DNA from: Anthoceros angustus
Taxonomy: Eukaryota; Plantae; Anthocerotophyta
Reading direction: 5' to 3'
DNA length: 64,000 bases
NCBI GenBank assembly: GCA_010909165.1
Contig: VJWM01000119.1
Location: forward strand, 744,001 to 808,000
Position numbers and translations under genes: made by a program
In this document: piece by piece, positions 21,212 to 31,600 of the stretch
Numbering within the stretch: the stretch's first letter is position 1
How the letters are laid out: every line of letters begins with the position of its first letter
Notes under the pieces: model-generated
What the model saw: only the letters and a program-made list of their open reading frames with translations
Database searches by the model: none
What the model was told of the DNA's origin: nothing

Positions 21212-24139
21212 TTCCGTTCACCTGGGTTCCGGGGTAAGGGATCCGGCCAGGTTCTCTGGTTAAACAGCTTGTTCGAGCCAGCTTGGGTTGATGAGCAGCC
21301 TGTTTGTTTGGATATGCAGATGGGTCATGGCGCATCTCCTTCCAAGTCGAGCTCTTCGGACAAGCCCGAGCATGGCAGACGTGCAGGATCGAGAAGGGGC
21401 GCCGTAACGGCTGCGAGAGTGAGCACGTTATGTCAGCAGGGGAAGCTTACCGAGGCCGTGGGAGCCCTGGAATCTCTGGCGCAGACAGACAGTCCTATTT
21501 CTCAGGCTCTCTTTTACACTGTGCTGAAATTGTGTGCAGCTAAGAAGGACGTGGTTGTGGGGCGACGAGTTCATGATCTTACCGTGAAACTTGGGTACGA
21601 GTCGAATGCATACTTGGGGAACCATATCTTGCGGATGTATGCATGTGGAGGTAGGCTACAGGACGCCATGGATGTGTTCAGCAGGGTGGGCAGACCAGAT
21701 ACCTTCATGTGGTTCTCCATAATCTCTGCACATGCTAAACATGGGAGGCCTGACGAGGCCATACAACTGTACCATGAGATGCGTAGCTCAGGCGTGAAGG
21801 CGGATGCTCACGTCTTTGTTGCAGCCCTTCAAGCTTGTGCGCTTGCTGCGGACTTGGAATCTGGCAGAGACGTACACCGTGATGTGTTGCTCAGTGGCAT
21901 TCCCCCTAACTTGTTTGTTGGCAACTGCCTAGTGGACATGTATGCAAAATGTGGCAAACTGAACGATGCACGCGGGGTTTTTGACAGCTTGGCCACAAAG
22001 GATGTGGTCACATGGACGGCCCTGATAGCTGGGTATGCAAATCATGGGCTGCGCCGAGAGGCCCTTGTTCTGTATAGACAAATGGAGCAAGAAGGCCTGA
22101 TTGTGGGTAACCATGTAACTTATGCTTGCCTTCTGAAGGCCTGTGCAAGTGCCGGCGCCTTACAGCAAGGCAGGCAGCTGCACTCACAGATTGTGGAAAG
22201 AGGACAGCTAGATACCGTACTGGGCAACTGCTTGGTGGACATGTATGCAAAATGTGGTGAATTGGACGATGCACGGAGAGTTTTTGACAGCTTAGCCACA
22301 AAAAATGTGGTGACATGGACCGTCCTTATAGCTGGGTATGTAAATCATGGGCTCAGTCAAGAGGGGCTTGATCTGTATGGACAAATGGAGCAGGAGGGCC
22401 TGATTGTGGCTGACGAGATTACCTTTGCTTGCCTTCTGAAAGCCTGTGCAAGCGCTGGTGCCATACAAAAGGGCAGGCAGCTGCACTCACAGATTGTGGA
22501 AAGAGGACAGCTAGATAACATACTTGTGTGCACTTCCCTGGTGCACATGTATGCAAAGTGTGGTGAATTGGAAGATGCACGCCGGGTTTTTGATAGCTTG
22601 GCCACAAAAAATGTGGTGACATGGACGGCCCTGATTGCAGGGTATGCACAGCAAGGTCTTGGCATGGAGGCGCTTGCTCTGTATGGACAAATGGAGCAGG
22701 AGGGCCTAATTATGGCTGATGAGGTTACTGTTGCTTGCCTTCTGAAGGCCTGTGCAAGTGCTGGTGCCTTACAGCAGGGCAAGCAGCTGCACTCACAGAT
22801 TGTGGATAGAGGACAGCTAGACAACGTAGTGTTGGGCAATTGCCTGGTGGACATGTATGCAAAATGTGGCCAACTGGAAGCTGCATGTGAGGTTTTTGAC
22901 AGCTTGTCCACAAAGAATGTGGTGACATGGACGGCCCTTATAGCTGGGTATGCTAATCATGGGCTTGGTCAAGAGGCTCTTGTTCTGTTCAGACGAATGG
23001 AGCAGGACGGCCTGATTGTGGCTGATGAGGTTACGTTTGCTTGCCTTCTGAAGGCCTGTGCAAGCGCTGGTGCCTTACAGAAGGGTCGGCAGCTGCACTC
23101 ACAGCTTGTGGACAGAGGGCAGCTGAATAACATACTTGTGGGCACTTGTCTAGTGGACATGTATGCGAAGTGTGGCGAACTGGAAGATGCACGCCGGGTT
23201 TTTGACAGCTTGCCCAGAAAAGATGTGGTGGCATGGAATGCCCTCATAGCTGGGTGTGGTACTTGTGATGAAGGTCACAACGCACTAGCTTGTTTTGAGG
23301 AGATGTTAGTGGCCGGTGTTAAGCCTGATGATGCTACTTTTACTTGCCTTCTAGTAGCCTGCAGTCATGAGGGACTGGTGAGTGAGGGTCGCAAGCACTT
23401 TGATTCCATGGTGAAAAAGCATGGTATCAAACCTACTATTGAGCATTACAATTGCATGATTGATCTTCTTGGGCGTGCAGGTCATTTAGATGAGGCAGAG
23501 AACATGTTGTTATCATGTGAGAGCCAAAGCAATGTTGTGGGGTTGACATCTTTGCTGAATGCATGTAAAATTCACGGGGATATAGAGAGGGCGACTTGGT
23601 GTTTTGAATGTCTCGTTAGACTAGAGCCTCAGAGGGCAGCTGCATATGTGCTCCTGGCGAATGCCTATGCAGATGCAGGTAGGTGGACCGATGTGGAGAG
23701 GATAGAAAGACTGAGAATAGTAGCAGGAGCTAACAAGAAACCTGCAGTGGCGGGCATTGAGGTGAAGGAGCAGGTACATACATTTGTCGTGGGGGAAAAC
23801 AGAGATGATATTGCGTCCAAGGTAGAGAGCATGAATGCACGTGTGAAGCAGGAAGGGGACCATGTACCACAGACAAAGTTGGTGTTGAAGCCACTGTCGG
23901 AGAAGGAAAAGGAAGATGTGCTTTGCGGGCATGCTGAGAAGCTAGCCCTGGCGTTTGGTCTCTTGAACACTCCGAGTGGCACACCCCTGATGGTGACGAA
24001 GAATCTGCGGATGTGCAGTGACTGCCACAGTTCCACGGAGATTATGTCAAGGGTTGAAGAAAGAGACATCGTTGTCCGGGATGGCTACCGTGTGCATCGA
24101 TTCACAGCTGGTTGTTGCAGTTGTAAAGGTCGACCGTGA
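21002..24139 (+). CDS. Intact PLS-PPR-E1-E2-DYW:KP protein (copy D, 1045 aa, C-terminus GRP)
   Basis: Uninterrupted ORF. Degenerate PDF motif (PGF), 4 homogenised PLS triplets, KPAVAGIEV, CGHAEKLA, CSDCH, SCKGRP. Confidence 0.94.
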   Translation: MATVWPPDSLWTQQIGGCVGISEGALAHPTSDKQASRCSSVRNVALPRKWRAVGPLDPVMRWDNRRGEKSFRSPGFRGKGSGQVLWLNSLFEPAWVDEQPVCLDMQMGHGASPSKSSSSDKPEHGRRAGSRRGAVTAARVSTLCQQGKLTEAVGALESLAQTDSPISQALFYTVLKLCAAKKDVVVGRRVHDLTVKLGYESNAYLGNHILRMYACGGRLQDAMDVFSRVGRPDTFMWFSIISAHAKHGRPDEAIQLYHEMRSSGVKADAHVFVAALQACALAADLESGRDVHRDVLLSGIPPNLFVGNCLVDMYAKCGKLNDARGVFDSLATKDVVTWTALIAGYANHGLRREALVLYRQMEQEGLIVGNHVTYACLLKACASAGALQQGRQLHSQIVERGQLDTVLGNCLVDMYAKCGELDDARRVFDSLATKNVVTWTVLIAGYVNHGLSQEGLDLYGQMEQEGLIVADEITFACLLKACASAGAIQKGRQLHSQIVERGQLDNILVCTSLVHMYAKCGELEDARRVFDSLATKNVVTWTALIAGYAQQGLGMEALALYGQMEQEGLIMADEVTVACLLKACASAGALQQGKQLHSQIVDRGQLDNVVLGNCLVDMYAKCGQLEAACEVFDSLSTKNVVTWTALIAGYANHGLGQEALVLFRRMEQDGLIVADEVTFACLLKACASAGALQKGRQLHSQLVDRGQLNNILVGTCLVDMYAKCGELEDARRVFDSLPRKDVVAWNALIAGCGTCDEGHNALACFEEMLVAGVKPDDATFTCLLVACSHEGLVSEGRKHFDSMVKKHGIKPTIEHYNCMIDLLGRAGHLDEAENMLLSCESQSNVVGLTSLLNACKIHGDIERATWCFECLVRLEPQRAAAYVLLANAYADAGRWTDVERIERLRIVAGANKKPAVAGIEVKEQVHTFVVGENRDDIASKVESMNARVKQEGDHVPQTKLVLKPLSEKEKEDVLCGHAEKLALAFGLLNTPSGTPLMVTKNLRMCSDCHSSTEIMSRVEERDIVVRDGYRVHRFTAGCCSCKGRP

Positions 24140-24400
24140 GAAACAAGATGGGATACCCAGTGCTCAGCAGGTGAAAACGCTTACCTGGTGCAACTTCCAT
24201 GGGTTCATCATTCCCTTCCACATTTTTCTGAAGACGAAGTTGAGGGTTCGTTTGTGCCGACACGTCGACACCAACAAAGCTAACATGCCTTCAAGGTTGC
24301 TTTACCATCTGAGAGAGGATGAGGGGCCAAGGCCACAATAGGGAGCTTTCCTGCCATAGCTTGGCAATGGGAACAAAGGGCCCTGGCTACAACATTGCTT

Positions 24401-24487
24401 TGGCAGGAGAAGGCGTGTGAAGGCTCCCCTATTGTGGGAGGAAGGCAGGACCTGCGTTCCTCCCACAATAAGGGAGCCTTCCTGCCA
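24401..24487. repeat. Near-perfect inverted repeat / hairpin overlapping the second copy of a short direct repeat
   Basis: aaggctcccctattgtgggaggaa pairs with ttcctcccacaataagggagcctt (1 mismatch), with inner gcag/ctgc and outer tggcagg/cctgcca. Direct repeat 24331-24394 ~ 24462-24520. Confidence 0.8.
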
Positions 24488-25118
24488 TAGGAAGGGGACG
24501 AAGGGCCCTGGCTACAACATCTCCAACACAGTCTACATACATATCTTTCATCATCTCAAGAATTCCAAACTTCCTAACTGGGGGGCCGATTGTAGTTGCG
24601 TAGGAATCAAAAGGCCCATCACGACACGCCCGTCCTTCGTGGACTTCAATAGGCTTGTCTGTTTGTTGCTGTCTGTAGCGTAGCCAACGCAAGAACGTGG
24701 CGGGCGAGAACTGTTGACCGAACAACAAGTCCACCAAGCATCTTCACCACTCGCTCTTTATTGATCCATCCGGTTCTGCGAGACGACAGACGACGGGGGC
24801 ATCTCTCATAGCGCAGGCGGGGGGAATCTCTCAAAAGTGTACTTTGTACTGACTCCTGACGCTCGCCGTGCGGATGCGGGGGCATCTCTCGTCGCGGAGG
24901 CGGGGGCATCTCTCACAGTGTACTTCGTGGTGACTTATAACGCTCGCCGTGCGGATGTGGCCTTCAGGAGGTGAATCGAATGGGTACTCCAATCTGCATT
25001 CTGCAGCCTCGAGCTCGGGGCCAATCCGGTTACACATTTCACGAGGTGAAGTGAATGCAAGATGTTCCACGACTGGTTTTGATGTAAGAGCCTGATTGTA
25101 AGGCTTGATTGAGTAAGC

Positions 25119-26967
25119 ATGGCAGCGGCAGCGGCAGCGGTGGGGCCAAATTATGCACACAGTCAGGCGCCGGGGTCGGGGCCGGCTTTGATTGTGGCGG
25201 CAGCCTTGGTGGGATTGCTGTCCGTGGCGCTCTACACAGCAAGGAGACGGACGGGAAGGGATGCTGGACGATTGAAGCTCCCTCCGGGGCCTCGGAATCT
25301 TCCAATCATCGGATCAATGCACCTGCTTTCCGACCCCCTGACTCTGGCTTTCGAGGATCTGTCCCGGAAGCACGGCCCGCTCATGTATATGCGGCTGGGC
25401 GCCACGGACTGCATCGTCGTGTCCGATGCCGACACAGCCAAGGCCTTCACCACCACACACGACGCGCAGTTCGCGTCCAGGCCGTACACCACCGTGGGAA
25501 AAGTTGCCGGCTTCGACTTCAACAATGTGGCCACCGCGCCGCAGAGCCCGCGCCTGCAGCGGCTGCGGAAGCTCATTGTCATGGAGCTAATGTCCGCGGA
25601 GAGACTCGCTAGCTTCGACAACATTCTGGCGGAAGAGATTGCTGCGTGTGTCACCAGGATGTGGGACATGCACACCGATTCTGAACGGGTTGCGTTCCGG
25701 CGGGAGCTGAAGGTTTGCACGGCCAAGATCATCTACCGTATCTTGTTCGGGGTGCAGTCTGATGTGGCGGGGGAAAGGATAGAGGCCTACGGCGAGGCCA
25801 TGGAAGGCATCAACAAGACCGCCGGAAAGCTGGACCCCGGCCAATTCTTCCCTGCTGTTCGGTGGATGGATTTGAGGGGAGTGGAGCGTGACTTGAAGGA
25901 GGACATGCGTGTGGTTCAGGGCTTCCTCCAGGCTGCGATTGATGACAGACGCGCCACTGCCACTGCCGACAGGCAGCGCACCATTGCTGACATTTTGCTG
26001 TCGCAGAATCAGGCGGGCCAAATCTCGGGGCTCGAGCTCATGGCTGTCATTTTCGTTAAGTATCCCTCTGGATCCGGAACCGTGACATTCGCAAAACTGG
26101 TGTCTGGTGTTGCAGTAGCTGAATGCGTGAACTTCGAACTCACCAATGTTTGATTTGAGCTGCTCGCGGTTGCAGGACATCTACGCTGGTTCGGTGGAGT
26201 CTACGTCTGCAGCCGTGGAGTGGGGGATCGCGGCGCTGCTCAACAGCCCGCACCTGCTCAAGCGAGCCCGCCAAGAATTAGACTGTGCGGTTGGGAAACA
26301 CCGTCGTGTTGAAGAGAGCGACATCGCCAATCTCCCCTTCCTGCAGGCAAGTCACCACTGTCTCACATGGACTACATGGATCCCCGCTTCACATAACATT
26401 TTCATGGCACTCTTGCAAGTCGCCACCCTTTAGCAAGTTCACCATCCGATTAGGGTTTACCTGGCCTCTGATGATTCACAGGCAGTCGTGAAGGAGACTC
26501 TGCGTTTGTACCCTCCTTTTCCTGTCACCTTCCCGCACTACAACGAAGAGGCAGCGGAGGTGAAAGGCTATTACATCCCGGCCAAGAGCGCCGTCTTCTT
26601 CAACCTCCCCGTCATCGGTAGGGACCCCCGGAAATGGGAGCGACCGGACGAGTTCGACCCCGACCGCTTTCTCAACACCAACATCAACGTGCTGGGAGCA
26701 CACCACCAGGTGATCCCATTTGGGGCGGGGAGAAGGATGTGTCCTGGGGCCGCCTTGGGAATAGCCACCACTGTGAGAGCTTTGGCCAGCATCTTGCACG
26801 CGCTGGACTTTCAGCTGGTAGGAGATGATGGCATCATTCAAGCTGCTGGAACGCAGGCGCAAGGGACCATTGACATGACCGTTGCAACGGGGCTGGGAGG
26901 GTACATGAGGACGCCAGTGCCTGCAGTGCCACTTCCCAGGCTTCCCGTCAACGTGTACCGCACCTGA
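25119..26967 (+). CDS. Cytochrome P450, CYP71 clan (A-type), ~530 aa; exons 25119-26054, 26176-26346, 26482-26967
   Basis: Signal anchor, LPPGP hinge, FASRP, I-helix DIYAGSVESTS, KETLRLYPP, PDRF, PFGAGRRMCPG heme motif. Intron 1 is GT-AG at the position typical of A-type P450s. Splicing gives a continuous frame. Confidence 0.93.
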
Positions 26968-27049
26968 CACCTACGCCACCCCAAGAGGATCCATCCACAG
27001 CTTCATCCTGCTATCTTCGCTGTCTTCCATGATGAAAACAAATTGAGTT

Positions 27050-27185
27050 GCGGGAGGATGCAAGAGGGACCGATGGCGGGAGGATGCAAGAAGGACCGAT
27101 GGCGGGAGGATGCAAGAGGGACCGAAGGCGGGAGATGTAGGAGGATGCAGAGAGGGAGCGATGGCGGATGCGGGAGTAGGCGGAA
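27050..27185. repeat. Short tandem repeat (gatggcgggaggatgcaagagggacc-like, ~4-5 copies)
   Basis: Directly visible downstream of the P450 stop codon. Confidence 0.75.
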
Positions 27186-27804
27186 ATATGAGTCATCATT
27201 CATCGGATGTGGGTTCATGCGCATGAAAAAATTGAAGTGGAAGTTTGAAGTGTTGGAATTCAGTGTGGTTAGGCTTGTGGCTTTACGATTTACTTATTTC
27301 ATACCTTATATTTTTTATTATATATTACGATGTAATTTTTCATACTGTAAGGGGTTGGTAGGGGTATTTTTATTATACTTAAATTATATTATTTACATGA
27401 TATATATTATATATAATATAGGTAAAATATATAAAATACCAAGATTTGAAGTAAATCTATATAATATATTAGTAGTATGTAATTTATATATATAATACTA
27501 TAATTTCAAATAAATATGTATGAAATGAAGGTACATTCTCCTTCTTCATTGGATGCAAACTCTCTTTCTTCATTGTCCTCCATTTCACTATTGTGAACAT
27601 CTTCCATGCCACTTTTTTCAACCATTTGTACAAGTTCAAGACTTTCTAAGTACGCTATCCAATTCTCCCAATGTGTTGCTTCAATAGTAGCATTGTGTTG
27701 TTTTAATACTCTACTGTTATAATAGCCATAAACAAGCATACCAACCCTGTGCATTGTAGTTCTTGCATTATTATCACACTAGACATATTTCCATGCGCTT
27801 GTCT

Positions 27805-28630
27805 CGCTGTGGTTGCATAGCTGTCGTGGCCAACACACAAAATGGTTACAAGGGCAGGTGGCGTCTCAATTGCCTGCCCATCCTACGTATACTAGCTACA
27901 ACAATCTGCTCCCACCAACCTACATCTCGAACAGGTTAAACAAGCTTCTCGAATTCACTCCTGCCAATCACGAATGAGCTCAATCACGGATCTCACAAGT
28001 GTAACGAACGTGGTTATGGGACTTGAATGGTTGCCAAAGCTCCACGGCCTTATTACATAGCAGACATCAAAACAATCCACTTATTTGTGCTTCTAACAGC
28101 CTTTTTGTCCTATCCTCGCTCTGCCAGCCTTTTTGTCCTATCCTCGCTCTGCCAGCCTTTTTGTCCTATCCTCGCTCTGCCTGTCAACGTTGCCCTACCG
28201 TCGATCCAGTCGCATTTGAATCACTGCATTGCGTGTAGGCCGTTGAATCGGTCCGTTATGTTGCCGTTTTTCAAGGGTCGGGCCCCTTTCATGTCTACCT
28301 ATTTTGTGTATCGCTATGTCTATCCCTAAACACACGGACCATGACTATGTATCCATGCCCGAGCATATGCATACACAATCATGTACTGTCATCAACATCA
28401 GTTCGGCAATCCTATGTTGCCAAGTCCAGTGACTTACCATATACGAGTTCTATCTACCTATCTTGCCTATACACAGCCGATGCTACTAATCCATTCCGCT
28501 ACACACATGGTGTCATGACAACTGTCGCGCCGTGGTTGCATAGCTCCCGTGGCCAACACACAAAATGGTTACAAGGGCAGGTGGCGTTCTAGCTTCCTGC
28601 CCATCCTACATATATTAGCCGCAACAATTG
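27805..28630. repeat. ~100-bp direct repeats (27805-27910, 28530-28630) flanking a ~28-bp x3 tandem at ~28097-28182
   Basis: gtggttgcatagct..cgtggccaacacacaaaatggttacaagggcaggtggcgt occurs twice, and cagcctttttgtcctatcctcgctctgc occurs three times. Confidence 0.8.
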
Positions 28631-28639
28631 ATGAAAGAC

Positions 28640-31600
28640 CACATTATTTAGGGCACTATTAATGAATCCCTAGAATTAATAATTAGTTAATTCTTAGGGC
28701 AATAAGTAGTTGCTTAGGTAGTTACTTATTTAAACAAGGTCTCCTAAGAAGTGGAGACAGGCTCCACTTTTTAGAGACCGAGGTCGTTTAGGCCAAATGT
28801 GACCTCTAAAATGAAAACGAAACCCTCTTTTAAGGGGTTTGCCCCCAAACAAGACCCAAAAACATACTCTTCGGTGGGCCCACCTTTATGAAGAGCACCT
28901 TTTACTGGTTCCTCATGCCAACGGACCCTGCTCGAAGCTGCTTGGGATTGAACCTGGTTGTGGAATATGAAAGTTTGGGCACTCCTACTTTTTGGATCAA
29001 AAAGGATCAAACTAGAGCAAAACTAGAGCAGAGCTGAAGCGAACGGGAGAGAATTGAAGTGAAGTGGAAGAGAATTGTCAAGATCTTGAGGCAATTTGTT
29101 GGAGAATGAGGAGTAGAGGGTGAAGGCAATTAAGCCAAGGAAGTAGCTTGAGGTTGCTGCACAAGCAGCTGATAGGCTTGCAGAGGCAAAGGCACGATTA
29201 TTGGGGACCACCACCAAGTTTGAGGGAAGGCAAAGTAATTTGCCACATGTGTGGAAGAAGTGAGACATGGGCAGTGATCATATTGCTGAGATTTTGCAAG
29301 AAGGAGGACTGCTAGGTAGAGATGTGTGGCAAGGGTTGCTGCAGGAAGATGGGCCAAGTGCCCGTAATGGTGGAATTGTGCAGGATCTGCTGCGGGGCTC
29401 TAGGTTGGGAGCTCGATGCGAGAGAGGAGCAGCAATCGGTGCAAGGATGGGAGCGAGGAGCTCATGTTCAGGGTGAGCAGCCACAAGGGTTGCAAGAGGA
29501 GGCCATGGCGGTGCGAGGCACATGGAAGTGCTCTTAATGGAGTCACGATGGGAGGATGGCATGATAGGGCCGTGTGTTGAACTAGGAAAGGCCATGGTAG
29601 GGCACTCACGGCAGTGCTGAATTTGTAGCTGGGCTGCAAGATGGAGGTGTGGCCAAACCATAGAAGGCGGTGTGGCCGCAACATGGTGAAGGGATCACAA
29701 CGGGCGTGCATCATGACGGCGGAATTTGCGGTGCAAGTCAAAGTGAAGGGAGGCCGTTGTGGTGGCCGTGAGGAGAAATGGGTAGCAAGGAGGGTTGATA
29801 CGAGATGTTGTTGAGGTGTGAGGAGTTCACCGGGGAATAAATCCAGTTTATTCAGGTTGAGTGTTGTGTAGCCATTTTGGTGTGTTGGATAGTGAAGTGT
29901 AAGAACTCCAAAGTCAAGCGCCCCTAGGGGCGGATAAGTACTGAGATGGGGGCCTTTTGTGTGAGGTGTTATATTTGCAGAAGTCGCATGAGAGCTAATT
30001 GGGAGAGTGTTTGGGTGGTGCACCCTACGCGGAGTAGGTGTAGGGTGGCAGTGGACGTAGGGCATGGCACTCCCTACTGTAGGGAGGGAGATAGCTGGCC
30101 CTACGAGAATGGAGAAGGTGTAGGGTGGTAGTGGACGTAGGGCATGGCACTCCCTACTGTAGGGAGGGAGGTGCACCCTACGCGGAGCAGGTGTAGGGCG
30201 GAGGGTCCCGGACAGGTTAAGGTAGTACGTAGGGTAACAAGGGTGACCCTACATAGGTAGGGCAGGGGTCCCTACATGTATGTATGTGGGTAGGACGGTG
30301 CGTGTCCATAAGTAGGGGATATGTGGGTAGGACAGTGCGTGTCCCTCATCAGACAACTGACTTGAAACTGCTGGGACGTGCCAAGTGTTTTTTGTTTTTT
30401 TTGGGATCTGTGGTGTGAAAATAAGTCGGGTTGGTAGTAGGCAGAGGTATTTATAGAAGAAATGCCCTTGGCCTATGGATTCTTTTCTTGTTTTGATTTT
30501 TAAGTTAGAAAATAAATGGTCCGGGAATTTGGTGTTCCTTGGCCCATGGACTCGGAATGTTCCCTAAAAAAAGTCTATATATGTGAGATAGGGGGTTGGA
30601 ATAATTAGAGTGTGATAGGTCTATAAGTTGGGGTCGACCGACGCGGCGGTAGCTGAATGAGTGTGGGGTTGTGGATTGGGATGTGGGAAGCGGTCGTAGA
30701 GGTCGAACAGGAGTAGGGGAACCTGGGAAACTTAACCCTAGGGAATGACAGAATCCCGTTCAAACAACGGAGCGCAACGGCGGCTGGACGGGAGCGAGCA
30801 GCGGAGCGCGACGACGGCTGAAGCGCGACGAAGTCGAGGAGCTGTGTCTGGGGGGCACTGCGATCAGCAGGAGGGCGCGAGGCGCAACGACGAAGGGAAG
30901 GAGCTCCGAACCCCCGTCAGCGACATCGCGAGGCGCGACGCAGGAGGAGGAAGGCGCGATGACAGCGCCCTTGCCGAGGAGGTAGGAACTCGAGACCGAC
31001 CCCGTGAAATTCGCAGCGAGGTGGCGTTGGTTTGTGGCGCGAGACCAGAAGACCGTGAGAGGGATGGCGCCCAAGGTCACCACCGAAATTGTGCTTGCCC
31101 AATGGCCGAACATGGATCATTGGAAAGTTCGAGCTGGGAGCGTGAAGGAGTCAAGCCGGGTTTCATGGAAGAGCGGTGGAATTACATGAACTGGACTGTG
31201 CAGAGTGCGCACACCAAGGACAAACACCAAAGGGGATTTAGAGCGAAGCCGCAGGATTGGGACCGGAGTGTTAGAGGGTGTATGGGCGAAGGAGGAGGGA
31301 TGGAGCCGCCCAGAAAAGAAGCACGGCAAGAAAAGCAGCACCGCCCGTTAAAGCGGGCGATCATGAACCCAACGGCCGGTTGACGAGGGATTTGGCAAAA
31401 GCAGCTTGATGGGTCCGCCAGTGGCTCCTATGTTTCGCAGACAAGAAGTGTGATTATTTGTCCGACCACTTGCCGCCTTCATGAAGTGGTCAAGGGGCTA
31501 AGATCGATTAGCGAATTCTCTTGACAAGTTGTGTGAAGAGAGGTTGAACTTGATTTCCTCCGCCTCGGCCTCTCTAATCTCACCATTTCGGTCCATCTTT

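Noticed and set aside
152-24069. Dozens of antisense and alternate-frame ORFs over the PPR genes
   Set aside because: Shadows of the repetitive PPR coding sequence with no independent signatures.
27043-27495. 150-aa ORF downstream of the P450
   Set aside because: Composed of a tandem repeat plus AT-rich low-complexity DNA.
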